In this document: positions 35,474-48,421 of the stretch, piece by piece
How the letters are laid out: every line of letters begins with the position of its first letter
Numbering within the stretch: the stretch's first letter is position 1
Assembly: GCA_030264375.1 (NCBI GenBank)
Contig: JASCQW010000109.1
Location: forward strand, 37,466,076-37,530,075
Direction of reading: 5' to 3'
Source of the DNA: Carcharhinus longimanus
Lineage: Eukaryota
Length of the DNA: 64,000 bases
Translations under genes and position numbers: made by a program
The notes under the pieces: model-generated
The model's database searches: none
The model's input: the letters and a program-made list of their open reading frames with translations, nothing else
What the model was told of the DNA's origin: nothing

Positions 35474-37044
35474 CTGGTCAAAAGATACCATCATCAGGAG
35501 TTTACTCCACGAGCACTTTTAAGGTGCAAAACAGATCATAAATTCCAACAATACAAATAATACTATCGTTCCTTACTTTCATGCAGAAATAGCACATTTA
35601 AGGACTGCTACATTTTCATATTAATGTAAATCATATTAGATACCTACAGAATGTGCAATCAGCAACATTTTGAATAAGTATCATAAATTTTGAATCTGCC
35701 TTAGATGTTTGCTTGTATTTATCAGTGCTGTTCAATTATATAAGAGTCCAAAGATCTTAGATTTTTGCCCAATACTGCCTACTATCTATATGTCTATTAT
35801 AAATCAATAATGTAGCAATAAGACTTCATGATCTCACGTTCTCGTATCATCCACCCAATCTTTTCAAAGCCAGGCTGAGAAATATGATGTGAAGCCTGAA
35901 TCAAATCATACTGCTTTAATTCAGAGACAGCAAATTAATCTAGAGACACAACTATAAATAAATCATTTGTTTAACTGAATCCACTTTTCTCCTCAAAAAT
36001 ATGGAAAAAAAAAGCTAACCACTTTATCCCTTCCATTGCAGCTGACTTGATTTTGGCACCACTCTTTTTCCCCAACACTACTTTGAACGACAAAGCTATT
36101 CATGTTTTTAACTTCCAGCTTCAGGTCTAACGCGACAGCTCATAATTTCATATTTATGATTCTTTCTGTTCTCTTATGTTCCTAGTTAGCAAATGCCAAG
36201 TTGACTTCCTCCATTTTAGCCATTTGCCAATATGCTCATCGATAAAATAAGCTCTCTCTCCTTTCCCTTGGGACATTGGAAAAAGGTTTTCAAAAAAAAT
36301 ATTCTCAGGGCTTTACCCTGCCTGATGAGTTTTGGAGGACGTAATTGATGCTCATTGAATAAGTTGGCATAGTGTGCTACTTTAACTTTGTGAAGGACAA
36401 AAATCAGAAATGAAGCAGGTGTCTCAGGCTATGGATCGTCAAGGTTTATAGGATTTATCTTCATGTCCAGACCAAGTAAATTTACAAGTATGATTCAAGA
36501 TCAGACAGCCTATTTCTATATTTAACTTGACATTCACAATTTGTACAGCATGTGTTAGATTTGTCAATAGTATATTTACGTATAACTAACCATATTATTA
36601 AAAATATACGAAAGAACTGACACAAAGCAAATTTATAAGACCATAAGTACAAATTGGATTAGGGCATAAGACCCTTCGAGCATGTTCAGTCACTTAATGA
36701 GATCATGGTTGGTTCTTGACATCAGCTCCACTCTCCAACTCAATCCCTTTTTCCTTAACTCCAAGAGTCCAAAAAGTCTGAATATTATACTCAGCAATTG
36801 AAACCCAGTCTCCTGGGTACAGAATCAAAAAGATTTACAATTCCCAGTGAAGAAATTTCTCATCTCAGTACAAACCAATACTTTACCCTGAGGCTGTGCC
36901 CCAATGAAAATCAATGCACAGAATTAAGAACATTGTCCATCCTATCTAATGTCATGCCAGAGCTAACAAAACCCATTTAAGACCACTAGATTTGCAAAAC
37001 CACATTTACTTTTTAAAGTAATAACGTACTATGTTTATTTCAGT

Positions 37045-37865
37045 TTTTTGGATCACGGGATATGTCTCTTTGGTATGGATAGCATCTGTGACCCATCCAT
37101 AATTGCCCTCGAGGTGGTGGTGGTGGTGGTAAACTGCCTCCTTGAAATGCAGTTAGTGTTTTCCAGGATTTTGACTGAGTGACAGCAAAGAACCACAGTA
37201 TAGTTTCAACTCAGATGCGAGTATTTTGAAGGGAAACTTCAGATGGTGGTGTTCCCATGTATTTATTGCCCTTGATGTTCTAGGTTGTAGGAGTTATAAG
37301 TTTGGAAGGTAGTGCCTTGGCAAGTTGATTTAGTGTGCATCTTGCAAATGGTATATACTGCTGCCACTGAATGCTTTTGGAGCAGAATGTGAATAATTAA
37401 GGTGGTGAATGATGTGCCGGTGAAGTGGACTACTTTCACGATGAACATCTTTGTGTAGTTGGAATTGCATTCATCCTGCCAAGTTAAGAGTATTCCATCC
37501 CCTGCCTGACTTGCAGATGATGGACAAACTTTGGGGTGTCAGGTGGTGAGTTACTCATTGCAGAATTTCCAGCATTGACCTGCTCTTACAGCTTACAGTA
37601 TTTGTGTGTTGATGTAGTTAAGATTCAGGTCTATGGTAACTGCTAAGATGTTGATGGTGGAAGACTTGGTGTCAACAATGCCATTGAATGCAAAGGAGAT
37701 GATTAAATCTTCCCTTGTTCAAAATGTTCATTACTTAGGACTTGTGTGGATAAATGTTACTTGCCNNNNNNNNNNTTGCCCTTTATCAACCAAAATCATA
37801 ATGCTGTCCCGATCTTGCTGCATGTGAGCATATGCTACATTATCATACAAAGAGTTACAAATGGT
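37045..37865 (-). mobile_element. CR1-clade LINE 3' portion (second subfamily)
   Basis: Reverse complement of the 7245-8535 family, including MQQDRDSIMILVDKGQ..VTF. A shorter copy lies at 35075-35330. Confidence 0.7.
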
Positions 37866-39114
37866 GCTAAATACTCCCACCTCTGGCCTTCCCTCCAGAG
37901 GCCAGCAGAAGTAGCTATTGAGCATGTGCAGACCCCTGTAATTCCAACAGCAGAAGCTAGACACAGTGTTGTCAGAAGCTGCTGAAGCCAGCCTAAACCA
38001 TTCTACCCCCACACAACCAGGTGTCATGGGGGCCTGCGGCCGATTGCACACCACCCCTCCCCACCACTGATCTGTTACAGTGTGCAGCAGGCACCCCCCT
38101 CCCCGAATCTGGGCCGCCCCGGCTTGGCTCTGCCCTGTACCCATGTGCCCCATGCCCACACCACCTTCAGGCCCCACCCCAGCACTGCCTGCTGGGCAGT
38201 AGCAAGGTCTATGTGTAAAGATTTGCATTCTAATCAGTAATCTGTAAACTGTCTGTGCTNNNNNNNNNNNNNNNNNNNNNNNNNNNNNNNNNNNNNNNNN
38301 NNNNNNNNNNNNNNNNNNNNNNNNNNNNNNNNNNNNNNNNNNNNNNNNNNNNNNNNNNNNNNNNNNNNNNNNNNNNNNNNNNNNNNNNNNNNNNNNNNNN
38401 NNNNNNNNNNNNNNNNNNNNNNNNNNNNNNNNNNNNNNNNNNNNNNNNNNNNNNNNNNNNNNNNNNNNNNNNNNNNNNNNNNNNNNNNNNNNNNNNNNNN
38501 NNNNNNNNNNNNNNNNNNNNNNNNNNNNNNNNNNNNNNNNNNNNNNNNNNNNNNNNNNNNNNNNNNNNNNNNNNNNNNNNNNNNNNNNNNNNNNNNNNNN
38601 NNNNNNNNNNNNNNNNNNNNNNNNNNNNNNNNNNNNNNNNNNNNNNNNNNNNNNNNNNNNNNNNNNNNNNNNNNNNNNNNNNNNNNNNNNNNNNNNNNNN
38701 NNNNNNNNNNNNNNNNNNNNNNNNNNNNNNNNNNNNNNNNNNNNNNNNNNNNNNNNNNNNNNNNNNNNNNNNNNNNNNNNNNNNNNNNNNNNNNNNNNNN
38801 NNNNNNNNNNNNNNNNNNNNNNNNNNNNNNNNNNNNNNNNNNNNNNNNNNNNNNNNNNNNNNNNNNNNNNNNNNNNNNNNNNNNNNNNNNNNNNNNNNNN
38901 NNNNNNNNNNNNNNNNNNNNNNNNNNNNNNNNNNNNNNNNNNNNNNNNNNNNNNNNNNNNNNNNNNNNNNNNNNNNNNNNNNNNNNNNNNNNNNNNNNNN
39001 NNNNNNNNNNNNNNNNNNNNNNNNNNNNNNNNNNNNNNNNNNNNNNNNNNNNNNNNNNNNNNNNNNNNNNNNNNNNNNNNNNNNNNNNNNNNNNNNNNNN
39101 NNNNNNNNNNNNNN

Positions 39115-40265
39115 ACTTCAACGGGCAGAGAATTCCAGAGATTCACCACCCTTTGAGTGAAGAAGTTCCTCCTCAACTCCGTTCTAAAACTCCCTTTATC
39201 TTGAGGTTGGAAATGGGTTTTCTCTAGTTCTTGACTGTTTCACAAATATGAACAATTTCTTCTGCCTCTAACTTCAGACTCATCTTGGATCATCATCAAA
39301 TCCTTACAGTGCAGAAGGAGGCCATTTGACCCATCGAGTCTGCGCTGACTCTCCACAACCACCGACTCTCTCAAAGAGTACTGACTCTCTTACAGAGCAC
39401 CTCTACCAGGCTCTAACCCCATAACGCCACACATTTACCCCACTAATTCCCCTAACCTACAGATCTTGAGACACTAAGGGACAATTTAGCATGGTCAACA
39501 CCTAGCCAGCATCTCTTTGGAGTCTGGGAGGAAACTAGAGCACCTGGAGGAAAGCCACGCAGACACAGGGAAAAAGTGCAAACTTTACCCAGACAGTCAT
39601 TCAAAGTTGGAATAGAACTCGGGTCCCTGGTGCTGTAGGCAGCTGTGCTAATCACTGTGCCACCCTAAATACCTCAATCAATTCTCTTCTCTGAAGAGTG
39701 CAGTTTCACCAGTCTATTCACATAAATTAAATGTCTCATCCCCAACCATTCTTTTAGATTTTTTCTGCACTCTTTAATTCCTTTCTAAAGTTCAACGTCC
39801 AGAATTGGACACAATACTCTAGTTGACACTGAACTGTGTTTTATATAGGTTCACTATAACCTCTTTGCTTTTGTACTCTAAGCTGCTATTTATAAATGCA
39901 AGATCCCATCTGCTTTCTTAATCCACCCTGGGACTTTCAACAATTTATACACATATACCCCCGGTCGTTTTGCTCTCACGTCCTCTTTTAAATTATATCC
40001 TTTGTGTTATATTGCCTTTCCTCATTCTTCTGACCAAAATATTTCACTTGGCATTCTCTGCATTAAATTTTATCTGCCTCATGTTCACCCATTTCACCAG
40101 CCTCTTCTTGACCTCTTGAAGTCTATCACAATTCTCCTCATGGTTCACAATATTTTCAACTTCTGTGTCAGCTGCAAATTTTAAAATTATGCTCCATACA
40201 CTCAAGCCTAGAATATTGATATGGATCAGGAAAAATGTGTATTGGTCCTTAAGAAACCCCATTAT
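39115..40265 (-). mobile_element. CR1 RT fragment interrupted by an HE1 SINE
   Basis: Encodes ILKFAADTEVENIVNHEENCDRLQE..RLVKWVNMRQIKFNAE and RRNFFTQRVVNLWNSLP. Confidence 0.8.
39298..39666 (-). mobile_element. Full-length HE1 SINE
   Basis: Minus strand starts GGGTGGCACAGTGATTAGCACAGCTGCC, has B-box GAGTTCTATTCC and the HE1 core, and ends with tail GGCCTCCTTCTGCACTGTAAGGA. Confidence 0.9.
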
Positions 40266-40292
40266 ATACCTATAATGACTCTAGGAGTCAGC

Positions 40293-40541
40293 TGTGAAGG
40301 AACAGTGCTTTCATTGTGTAAAATAAAAGTAAAATGAAAACTACAAGTCTGTGGTGAACACAACTAGTCCCAACCAGGCCAAAAGGAAAAATGGACCCAC
40401 TCAGGGGCCTGTTTTATACATGATTCAATATATGAGCTCCATATGGTTGGTTAATTACCAATCCCCAGGGAGTTTGTATTCAATGAGTCCTACAGGGAAG
40501 TCAATCAGTGATCCCCCATTCAAGCCCTGGGGGTTGTCACA
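40293..40541. repeat. Possible short solo LTR
   Basis: Begins TGTGA and ends TCACA (inverted TG...CA termini), about 250 bp. No TSD seen. Confidence 0.3.
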
Positions 40542-40542
40542 A

Positions 40543-40710
40543 TAAAAAGTCTGACAACACCAGGTTTAAGTCCAACTGATTTATTTGATAGTAAACTCAC
40601 TAGGTTTCGGGTTAGCCCCTTTGTCAGGTGAATGGGGCTAACCCGAAAGCTAGTGAGTTTACTATCAAATAAATCGGTTGGACTTAAACCTGGTGTTGTC
40701 AGACTTTTTA
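40543..40710. repeat. 168-bp near-perfect palindrome (Penelope-derived/MITE-like)
   Basis: Arms 40543-40619 and 40634-40710 are complementary at 75 of 77 positions, with a 14-nt loop. Confidence 0.95.
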
Positions 40711-41644
40711 CAGTAGCAAGGTGCCCATGGGGCATCAAATCCTCACCCTCAGTCTTCCAGGGGCCTCAATGATTCTACCAGCAAGGGCAACACGACTGTT
40801 GCCTATTCATGCGGAGTAGGTGTTTTCCTTGCCGGAGAAAACCACTCCTGATGAAGCCATAAAGACAAGTGACCCCAGATGACTGAGCACTGGGCTCACT
40901 ATACAGATGTCAATGAACATTAGAATAAAATTGTTTATTCTGCCTTCCGCTGGAAATTCGGTACTGGTAAGATCACGACAGCCGAGAAATCAGGTGCGAT
41001 CCTGGTATCTGGGCTCTCGTGCGATTTTACCAGCTTGCTCCGCCCATCAATGGCAGGGCAAATGAGTAAAATTCCACCCATTATCTTTTTTCCTGCAGCA
41101 AGTCTAGCTGGGGCCACATGATCCATTAAGTAGTTTTGCAGTTCTACTTTATTAATACTGCAGATCTATCAACCAAGTCTGGCCTACTAAATATAATCCA
41201 TTCAGAAATTATTTATGACTATTAGCCACTTGAAAATCAGGACTGTTTCCATGCCTCTCCGCGCTTTTGCCCCATGAAAGATTGCCAGTGTTATTTTAAT
41301 TAGCAATTTGCTCCTTCCAAACAGAAAGAAAAATCAATCAAAATCTGAATTGAGCACTGGGTTCACTGAACAGATGTTAATGAATATTAGAATAAAATTA
41401 AATAATTTATTCAGCCTCTCGACAGAAATTCAGTTCTGGTAAGATCATGCAGCAATACTGATTTCTGGGCTCTTGCACAATTTTACCAGCTCGCTCCACC
41501 CATTGATGTCATATGGCTGACATCTTTGGCTTTATGAAAGATTAGGACTAAAGAAATCTGGGATTGCAAGTGAACATTTATTATAACGCACATTGTGATC
41601 ATTATAGTTGAAAAACTTTTGTACAGAAATATACTAACACAAAC

Positions 41645-41830
41645 CTGTGGGGAATCTTCCACCAAAGAAGATGTTGAATAAATCTTCAGGTGTAATATCT
41701 GCTTCAAATTCTCTGTAATACTTTGAATAGTTGCCATAAGGGCTATGGACAGTTGGTGGTTGCTCTCCATATTGATCATACTGTTTTCTTTTCTCTGGAT
41801 TACTCAGTATAGCATACGCAGTTCCGATTG
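41645..41830 (-). CDS. DNAJC18: DNAJC18 exon 4 (end of J domain, G/F-like region)
   Basis: TTTTAG| ... G|GTTTGT. 186 nt. Encodes AIGTAYAILSNPEKRKQYDQYGEQ...YYREFEADITPEDLFNIFFGGRFPTG. Confidence 0.96.
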
Positions 41831-42856
41831 CTAAAATAGACATCAGTAATTCTGGTTAGTAATATTGTCATTCATACTTTGCTGTCAGAATATTGTCACA
41901 ATGCTTGTGAGCATAATCTAGAATTGTCAATTTAAACAGCAAAAAAAAAGCATTAAGACAACATAATTTATTACTACGCAAATTAAAGGCATACGCTTCC
42001 AGTCAATTTCAGAACATAATTTCAATTTTCTGATGAGTTTCAATCAAGTAAACAAGAAACTATTTTCGTTGGCAATAACCAAGGGGCACAGATTTAACAT
42101 AATTGGAAGAAAATAACCAGAGAAAAAAATGTTAATACTCAGCGAGTTACAAGAATAACAAATGCCTTACTGAACAGGATAGAATGCAATAAGAAGGAAT
42201 TCAATTTTTAAATTGCAATATTTTGAAGATCCAAGAAATGGTTTTGCGGCTCTAAACTTTGGCATTAAATCTAGAAATGGCCTTACTAAAAACCAAAAGC
42301 TGTTCACTAAAAGTTTCAAGAAATCCAAACTTTTGGGAGAAGTGATTGATTCTGTTTGGGAAGAGAGAAGACGATATACACTCAGAATAGAAAAGATACC
42401 ATCACAAAGGGCCTTGATTCGGAAAACAAGAAATAAATTTACTTGAATTAAAAATGGCAATGCCATCCAATGTCAGATATGTCAGCTTTTTAGATTCATA
42501 AGAAAATTGTATATTTCCGCACTTTTCCAAGGGATAGTGATAAAAAAAGGAAATAAATTTAAAAATTGGCATTGAATTCCACTTGCTACAAGTGAAGGTG
42601 ATGCACTTTGATAAAATAAAAACAGTAATTATACTGGAATAGAATAGGCTTAGTGCTGTAGAAGAGCAGGTGAAATTGGAGGTAAACAACCTTAAAGGTC
42701 ACACCCTTAATTACAAGGGGTGCAAAATAGAGACAATGGAGAGCTTACATAAAGCCTTGCTAAGACCTCAAGAGTAGTGTGTGCATTATTGAGCTCTTCC
42801 ATATTCTAGGAATACCAAAGCTTTAGAGCGAGTACAAAACAGATTTATTAGGAAGC

Positions 42857-42905
42857 TTGTAATAAAAGGTCATTATCCTGAAAAGGTAATGACCTTTTAT
42901 TACAA
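42857..42905. repeat. Perfect 19-bp inverted repeat hairpin
   Basis: TTGTAATAAAAGGTCATTA - TCCTGAAAAGG - TAATGACCTTTTATTACAA. Confidence 0.9.
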
Positions 42906-43159
42906 CATTTTTGTTTTGCTTTTATGTTGCCAGACCAGACGAATATTTCCAACATTTTCTGGGTTTTTTTCGTATTTCCAATATTTGCAGTATTTTGCTT
43001 TGTTTAACTAGCAGGCTGTCTGGTATAAGACAAATGTACACAAAGATCGACAAATTGGACATTTATTCATCAAGCCAAATAGATTAGGATAAGAAGCAGT
43101 CTGCTTCTTTCTACAGATACAAGATTTGAAAAAATATATCTGTACTGCATTAGTAGTAC

Positions 43160-43480
43160 AGAAAAGGTTCACTTGACACATTTCTTCGATGAAGAGCTTA
43201 TCTTATGAAAAGAGAACAAAGTGGCCCTATATCTATCAGAGTTTAGAAGAATGAGAGGCAATCATATTAAAAATTAGAAGATCCCTGAAGGAATTTGATA
43301 GGGTGGATACCAGGAGGATGTTTGTGGAGAAGACTAGAACTAGGGAACATGATTTAAGAATAAGAAGTCTTAGAGACTAAGATTAAGAGGTTTTTTTTCT
43401 CAGAGGAAACTACTTCCCCAGAAAATGCTGGAGATTGTGTCATCGAACATATTCAAGGCTAACAAATTTTTGAGAGAGGA
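43160..43480 (+). mobile_element. CR1 3' fragment
   Basis: GAGTTTAGAAGAATGAGAGG (EFRRMRG) and TRTREHDLRIR. Further decayed CR1 pieces lie at about 42060-42860. Confidence 0.7.
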
Positions 43481-46021
43481 ATTATGAAAATATAGTTGAG
43501 AATTCTGATTAATTCTAAATTCCCAACATGAGGATAATTAGCAGCTAATGTTTTAATTTGTGGTTTGACAATAATACAAAATATTTAAGTAACACCTTAA
43601 TAATGTCTCTAAGAAATGAATTTGTAACGTGCCAGTAAAAATGAAGGATATATTCATGAAAGATATCAGCACAAATCAGATACAAATTATGCAACAATGT
43701 AAATTACCCAAGCCAGGTAATAATATCAAAAGATAAAGGTGTTTTTGGTATTAGAGCTAGTTTAAACTGGTTAGAGAATTACTGAATCATAAGAAGCCAA
43801 TTTTGGGACAGAACCTCTGTAAAACAGACAGACAAATGACAGATCAATATTTGAAGGTGTCAAAATATGATTGATTGAAGGACATGCCATTGTTCGACTG
43901 ACAAAACAGTGAATGAATGAAATTGATTTTAATTAAGTGCTGGGCTATACAATCTGATAATGTAAACTATAACCAATTCTGCTCTTTGATATGAAATCAG
44001 ATCTTTTGGGAAAGCCTGCTAGCTCATTAGTTGTGTTGGTGGAACCATTGATCTCCCATTTTGGCCAAAATGAGGTTTGTCTTGTCCTAATAGTATGCAT
44101 GTCTGAATACTGTTAATTTGTAATGTTTTTGATTCTAACATTTCCACGTTTTAATAAAGCTAGTTTAACTGAAGAATTTCATTGAACTGAATAAACTTTT
44201 TATTTGCCTTTGTGAAATGAAATGTTTAGTGAAAAGATTTAGTCTTTACGTTAGTCAGGCCGTCTGAAAGAATTTCCCACAATAGGAGTCAAGAGTTATG
44301 GGAGATGTTAATAAGTCATACAAGTTTAAAAATCTGAGTCATACAATGAAAGCTGCGTGAAAGCCACAGGTTTTGATTAAAGGAGACCTAGATAAGAGTC
44401 AAGGAGCATTTAATTCACAATGTGCAGCTGCAGCTCATGTTCGCTCATTAGAACAAGGAACATCAGAAAGGAAGGCTGGTATACCATTGGCCAGAGATAA
44501 TACTATAATTTCATGATGATATAACATGCACAAGTTTTAACAGGATATTATACTCTTATGTATGCATGATGTAATCTTAATAACTAAATGGATAGAGATA
44601 ACTTCTATACTTCTATTGGTACATACTAATTAATTGAATTTGAAATTATAATTGCTTGTGTATTTCTGAATTCTACATTCTGACTGATCTGAACGGCTTA
44701 GTCCAAGTCCTGTAGCGCTACAGTTGTCAATGAATCATCTTGAAATCGCACCGCGACTTTGTCTGGCTACTTGAGAAGAACGATAGTTTTAAATACAACA
44801 ACAAAAACATTGTGACAGCCCTGTAACTGGAGACAGACAGGGAAGTGGAATTGAGACCACAACCAGATCAGCCATGACTTATTGAATGGATGAGCACGCT
44901 CAAACAGTTGCATGGTCTACTCCTGCTCTTAAGTCCTATGCAATGAAGGATGACATTTAGAACAGAGCAGGAGAAACCTCTTTAAACAAAATTTGAGGGG
45001 CTGTGGAAATCCCTTATATGGTTAACAGAGGCAGCAAAAGCTGTTAACATCCAAGAACAGATGAGATAACTGATAGAAAGAAAAGATGTAAAAGGGACTT
45101 GAGAACATGGAGATAAATGTGATCACAACTTTTTTTTCTGCGGAAGGGAATGGCCTAATTCTGTGCAGTAAATTCTATGTCTGCTCATCCACTTGAGGGT
45201 TTTCTAGAAATTGTGAAAGAGAAAAAGGTGGATATGTTGAGCATTCCGTTTTTTTACAAAGCTAAGCCGCCCATCTAATGTCTAAGTATAATTAGAAAAA
45301 AAACTAAGATAGTCAAAAAAATCAGTGAATTGAAGGAGCCAAGGCTGGTCCAGTTCTTACCTGCTGCCTGTAGAGTGCAGGCTAAACTGACTTTTTTAAA
45401 ACTGCACCAGTTTCCAGGCAGTTCAGTTGTTCATGCCTGATATACACTAATGCAACAATAAAGAGCAGCAAATCCCCCTCTAGGCCACCAAACACAAAGT
45501 TTCTTGAAAAAGAAGCAACCGCGGTTTAATTTATTTCAAAGAAATTCTAAGCATCAATCTCTTGCTTTGCAAGAACAGTGCCAAAAAGCATTAAGCCAGG
45601 TACATATTCAACTGCACCTTAAAAATGAAAGCTCAAAGTTGACTTCGTTGATGAAAGTTTCTCTCAAGGAACTTAAAAAAAACAAAGAAACAGAACTGAA
45701 AGTAGTATCTAGGCACTCCTATGACACCGAGGGATCATCAAGTTCTGATCAAAGTGTGTTGAAAAGAGATACAAATCGCTGGAATTTTAACTAGCGAACT
45801 CAGCGATCTATATTGCATGTGACGTAAACTATGTTTGGTGATTCAGATATTAAAAAAGCAATTTAAAATAAGTATTGTTAAGTTTCTAAAATTGCTAATG
45901 TTTTTCATTAAGATTCTGGAATTGTACCAGTCATTCAGATCCTCATCCATCATTTGGAAACTTTTCTTTATTGATACTTCTTCTTGATTTTAACCAAAAT
46001 GTTAAAGTTACAGCTTTGTAC

Positions 46022-46167
46022 CTTTAAATGCATCCGTTGCACCAGGGGCACAATTTTTATCAGGATGAAACTTTAATGCCAGCTTTCGATAGGACCTCTT
46101 TAAATCCTCTTCATCTGCATTTCTACCAACTCCCAAAATTTCATAATAATTCTTACATCTTTTAATC
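46022..46167 (-). CDS. DNAJC18: DNAJC18 exon 3 (J domain with HPD)
   Basis: TTTGCAG| ... G|GTACAA. 146 nt. Encodes [64 protein letters not shown] is the DNAJC18 form, whereas DNAJB12/14 have HPDKNHAPGAT. Confidence 0.97.
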
Positions 46168-48243
46168 CTGCAAAGTATAACACAACATTGTTTGATANNN
46201 NNNNNNNNNNNNNNNNNNNNNNNNNNNNNNNNNNNNNNNNNNNNNNNNNNNNNNNNNNNNNNNNNNNNNNNNNNNNNNNNNNNNNNNNNNNNNNNNNTGA
46301 TAAAGTATGATCCGAAAGACTACGATCTAGAAGAGTTTCAGGGGTGGGGTCAAGAGAAAGCATTAGAAGGGCAGCAAAGATGATCTTCCTTGTACATGTA
46401 AAATCTATTTATTCGTCACAAGGAGGCTTACATTAACACTTCAGTGAAGTTACTGTGAAAATGTGTCTGTACTTTAAGATGCCTGATAGTAGTGCTAGGA
46501 AGCAGCACCTTTTGCATTCAATATCAACATTAAGCATTCCCACATCAGCTACAGCACAGCTAGACATGGATTAAACTAAGTCTCATGTAACTCCAAATTT
46601 AGGAGGTACATAAATTTTTGATCAGGCAATTAAGTTAAATTTAAGTTAATACTTGGATGCAGAATAAACTTTAAAGCCTAACAGTACGTTATGTAAATTG
46701 TCAAGATGCAACAAGTAACCTTGTTAAAATTCACACATTGAATTTAAACTGTTGGTGGAGTCATGGCCTTTCAAAGTGGAATAATTAAGTAAATTTCAGT
46801 CCCTGCATTCCACTAATAACATTAAAGCGAACTGCAAAGTTAATGGTAATTAATAGCAAAATTTGGATCCAAGAAAACATTTAAAATTAGTATTATTTCC
46901 AAAAGGTGAATTCAAATTAAAATACAATCTTACTTTGCAAATTCCACTTCTGTTGCATTTTCCTATAAGATTATGCCCCTAAAGAAACGCATTGTCTATA
47001 ATGATACCATTATCTATTACTAATTTACGACATGTTTTATTTAAAAAGTCTTAACTTTATGTAGTGGTGACCTTCTCAAAATTAGGATGCCCTCTGTGCT
47101 CTGCAGTCAATGAAATGCTTTTCAGTGTGGTCACTGTTGTGGTGTAAGAAAAACAGCAGCCAATTGCACCTGGTGAGACTCCATAAAAAGCAATTTTGTT
47201 TGAGGGATAAGGGCTAGCTGGTTTCCCACAGGGATGGAAAGAGAATGAAAGACAAGAAAATGAAGTTAGAGGAAGACATATATCATGCTATAAGCTTGTA
47301 AATTGGCTCAGAACAGCATTGGCTAAGACTTGGAAAAACATTCAGGAATAGTTGAACCACGGTGTGATAAAACCAAAGGTGAAAGAAGAAATTTATCTTC
47401 AAAATGTAAAATAAATCAATCATGAACGGGAGTCAATAACAGAAGAGATTAAAATAAAAGTTATATTACTACCAAGGTTAGAGGTAACTAGGAGTGTTAC
47501 AAGTTTCTTTCTCTCAAGGCTTAACTGTTTACAAGTCAAAGATTGCTTTTGTGATTTGGAGCTTCGTATCAATCCACAAAGGAGATACAACCTTGTAATA
47601 CTCTTTAAAACAAACGTTTATTTTGAATTTATAAATGCGATAGTATATTCATTTCCTTTATTTCTGCTCTCCCAGCAACCTATTACCTGACATTCAATTT
47701 TGCCATTCTGAACTAATCTACCAACTCCTGCTTTCAATTTCTCTATCTGCCAGTCAGCACTGTCCCACACCAACACAGGTGAGCTGGTGTGAGTACAAAG
47801 CAGAATTGGGGCCAACCATACTGGTCACCTTTATACAAAAAGCTACTGACACTTGAACACACTCAGTTACCTCATTACTATGAACTAAATCAGATTTAGA
47901 AGAACAACCAGGATGAGCCAAGCAGATTTTAATGCAATTGTATAATAAGAGACACCTGAACTCTAAGGAGATTTTTTTTGCTTTTAAAACGTGCAGCTAA
48001 CTCTTAATTTGATGTTTTTGCTCAAAATTTCAATAATTCCAATTTAAAAACTTAAACGAAGCACAGAGGCACATTTTCAATTTAGACAGATAATTTAATA
48101 TTCAGCAATTTTGAGTTGCAAATAGACTGCAATTCTCTTGCACAGCAGCTCCACGTTGCACATAACATTTACACAAACTTAGCAGTATTGAATAAAAATG
48201 CACAACTAAAAGTGTTTGCGCAATACATTTAGTGTATTCTCAC

Positions 48244-48421
48244 CTTTGCACACCCTCCAGCTGTTCTTGAGTGTAACTCTTGGCAGTTTCATTGATTCCT
48301 GCAGGCGTATTTCCATTGACACATCTTTTCAATCTACTAGACTCACTAGCAACATCATCTGCATCCCACTCGCAGTTCCAGCCAGCTGACCTTCCATTTC
48401 TAACTATTAATTCAATTAGTG
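48244..48421 (-). CDS. DNAJC18: DNAJC18 exon 2
   Basis: TTTTAG| ... AG|GTGAGA. 178 nt. Encodes ALIELIVRNG...AKSYTQEQLEGVQR. Phases fit exons 1 and 3. Confidence 0.93.

Noticed and set aside
36300-36355. CAGGG-cttta-CCCTG-C-CTGATGAG-TTTTGGAGGA-C-GTAA, a type III hammerhead-like layout
   Set aside because: It has GUAA instead of GAAA, a mismatch at the base of stem I and a poor stem III, so it is probably chance.
37731-39176. Long ORFs of 295-481 aa (also 51509-52160, 46100-46383, 34604-34897)
   Set aside because: They read through N-gaps. The real residues are CR1 or other repeat fragments.
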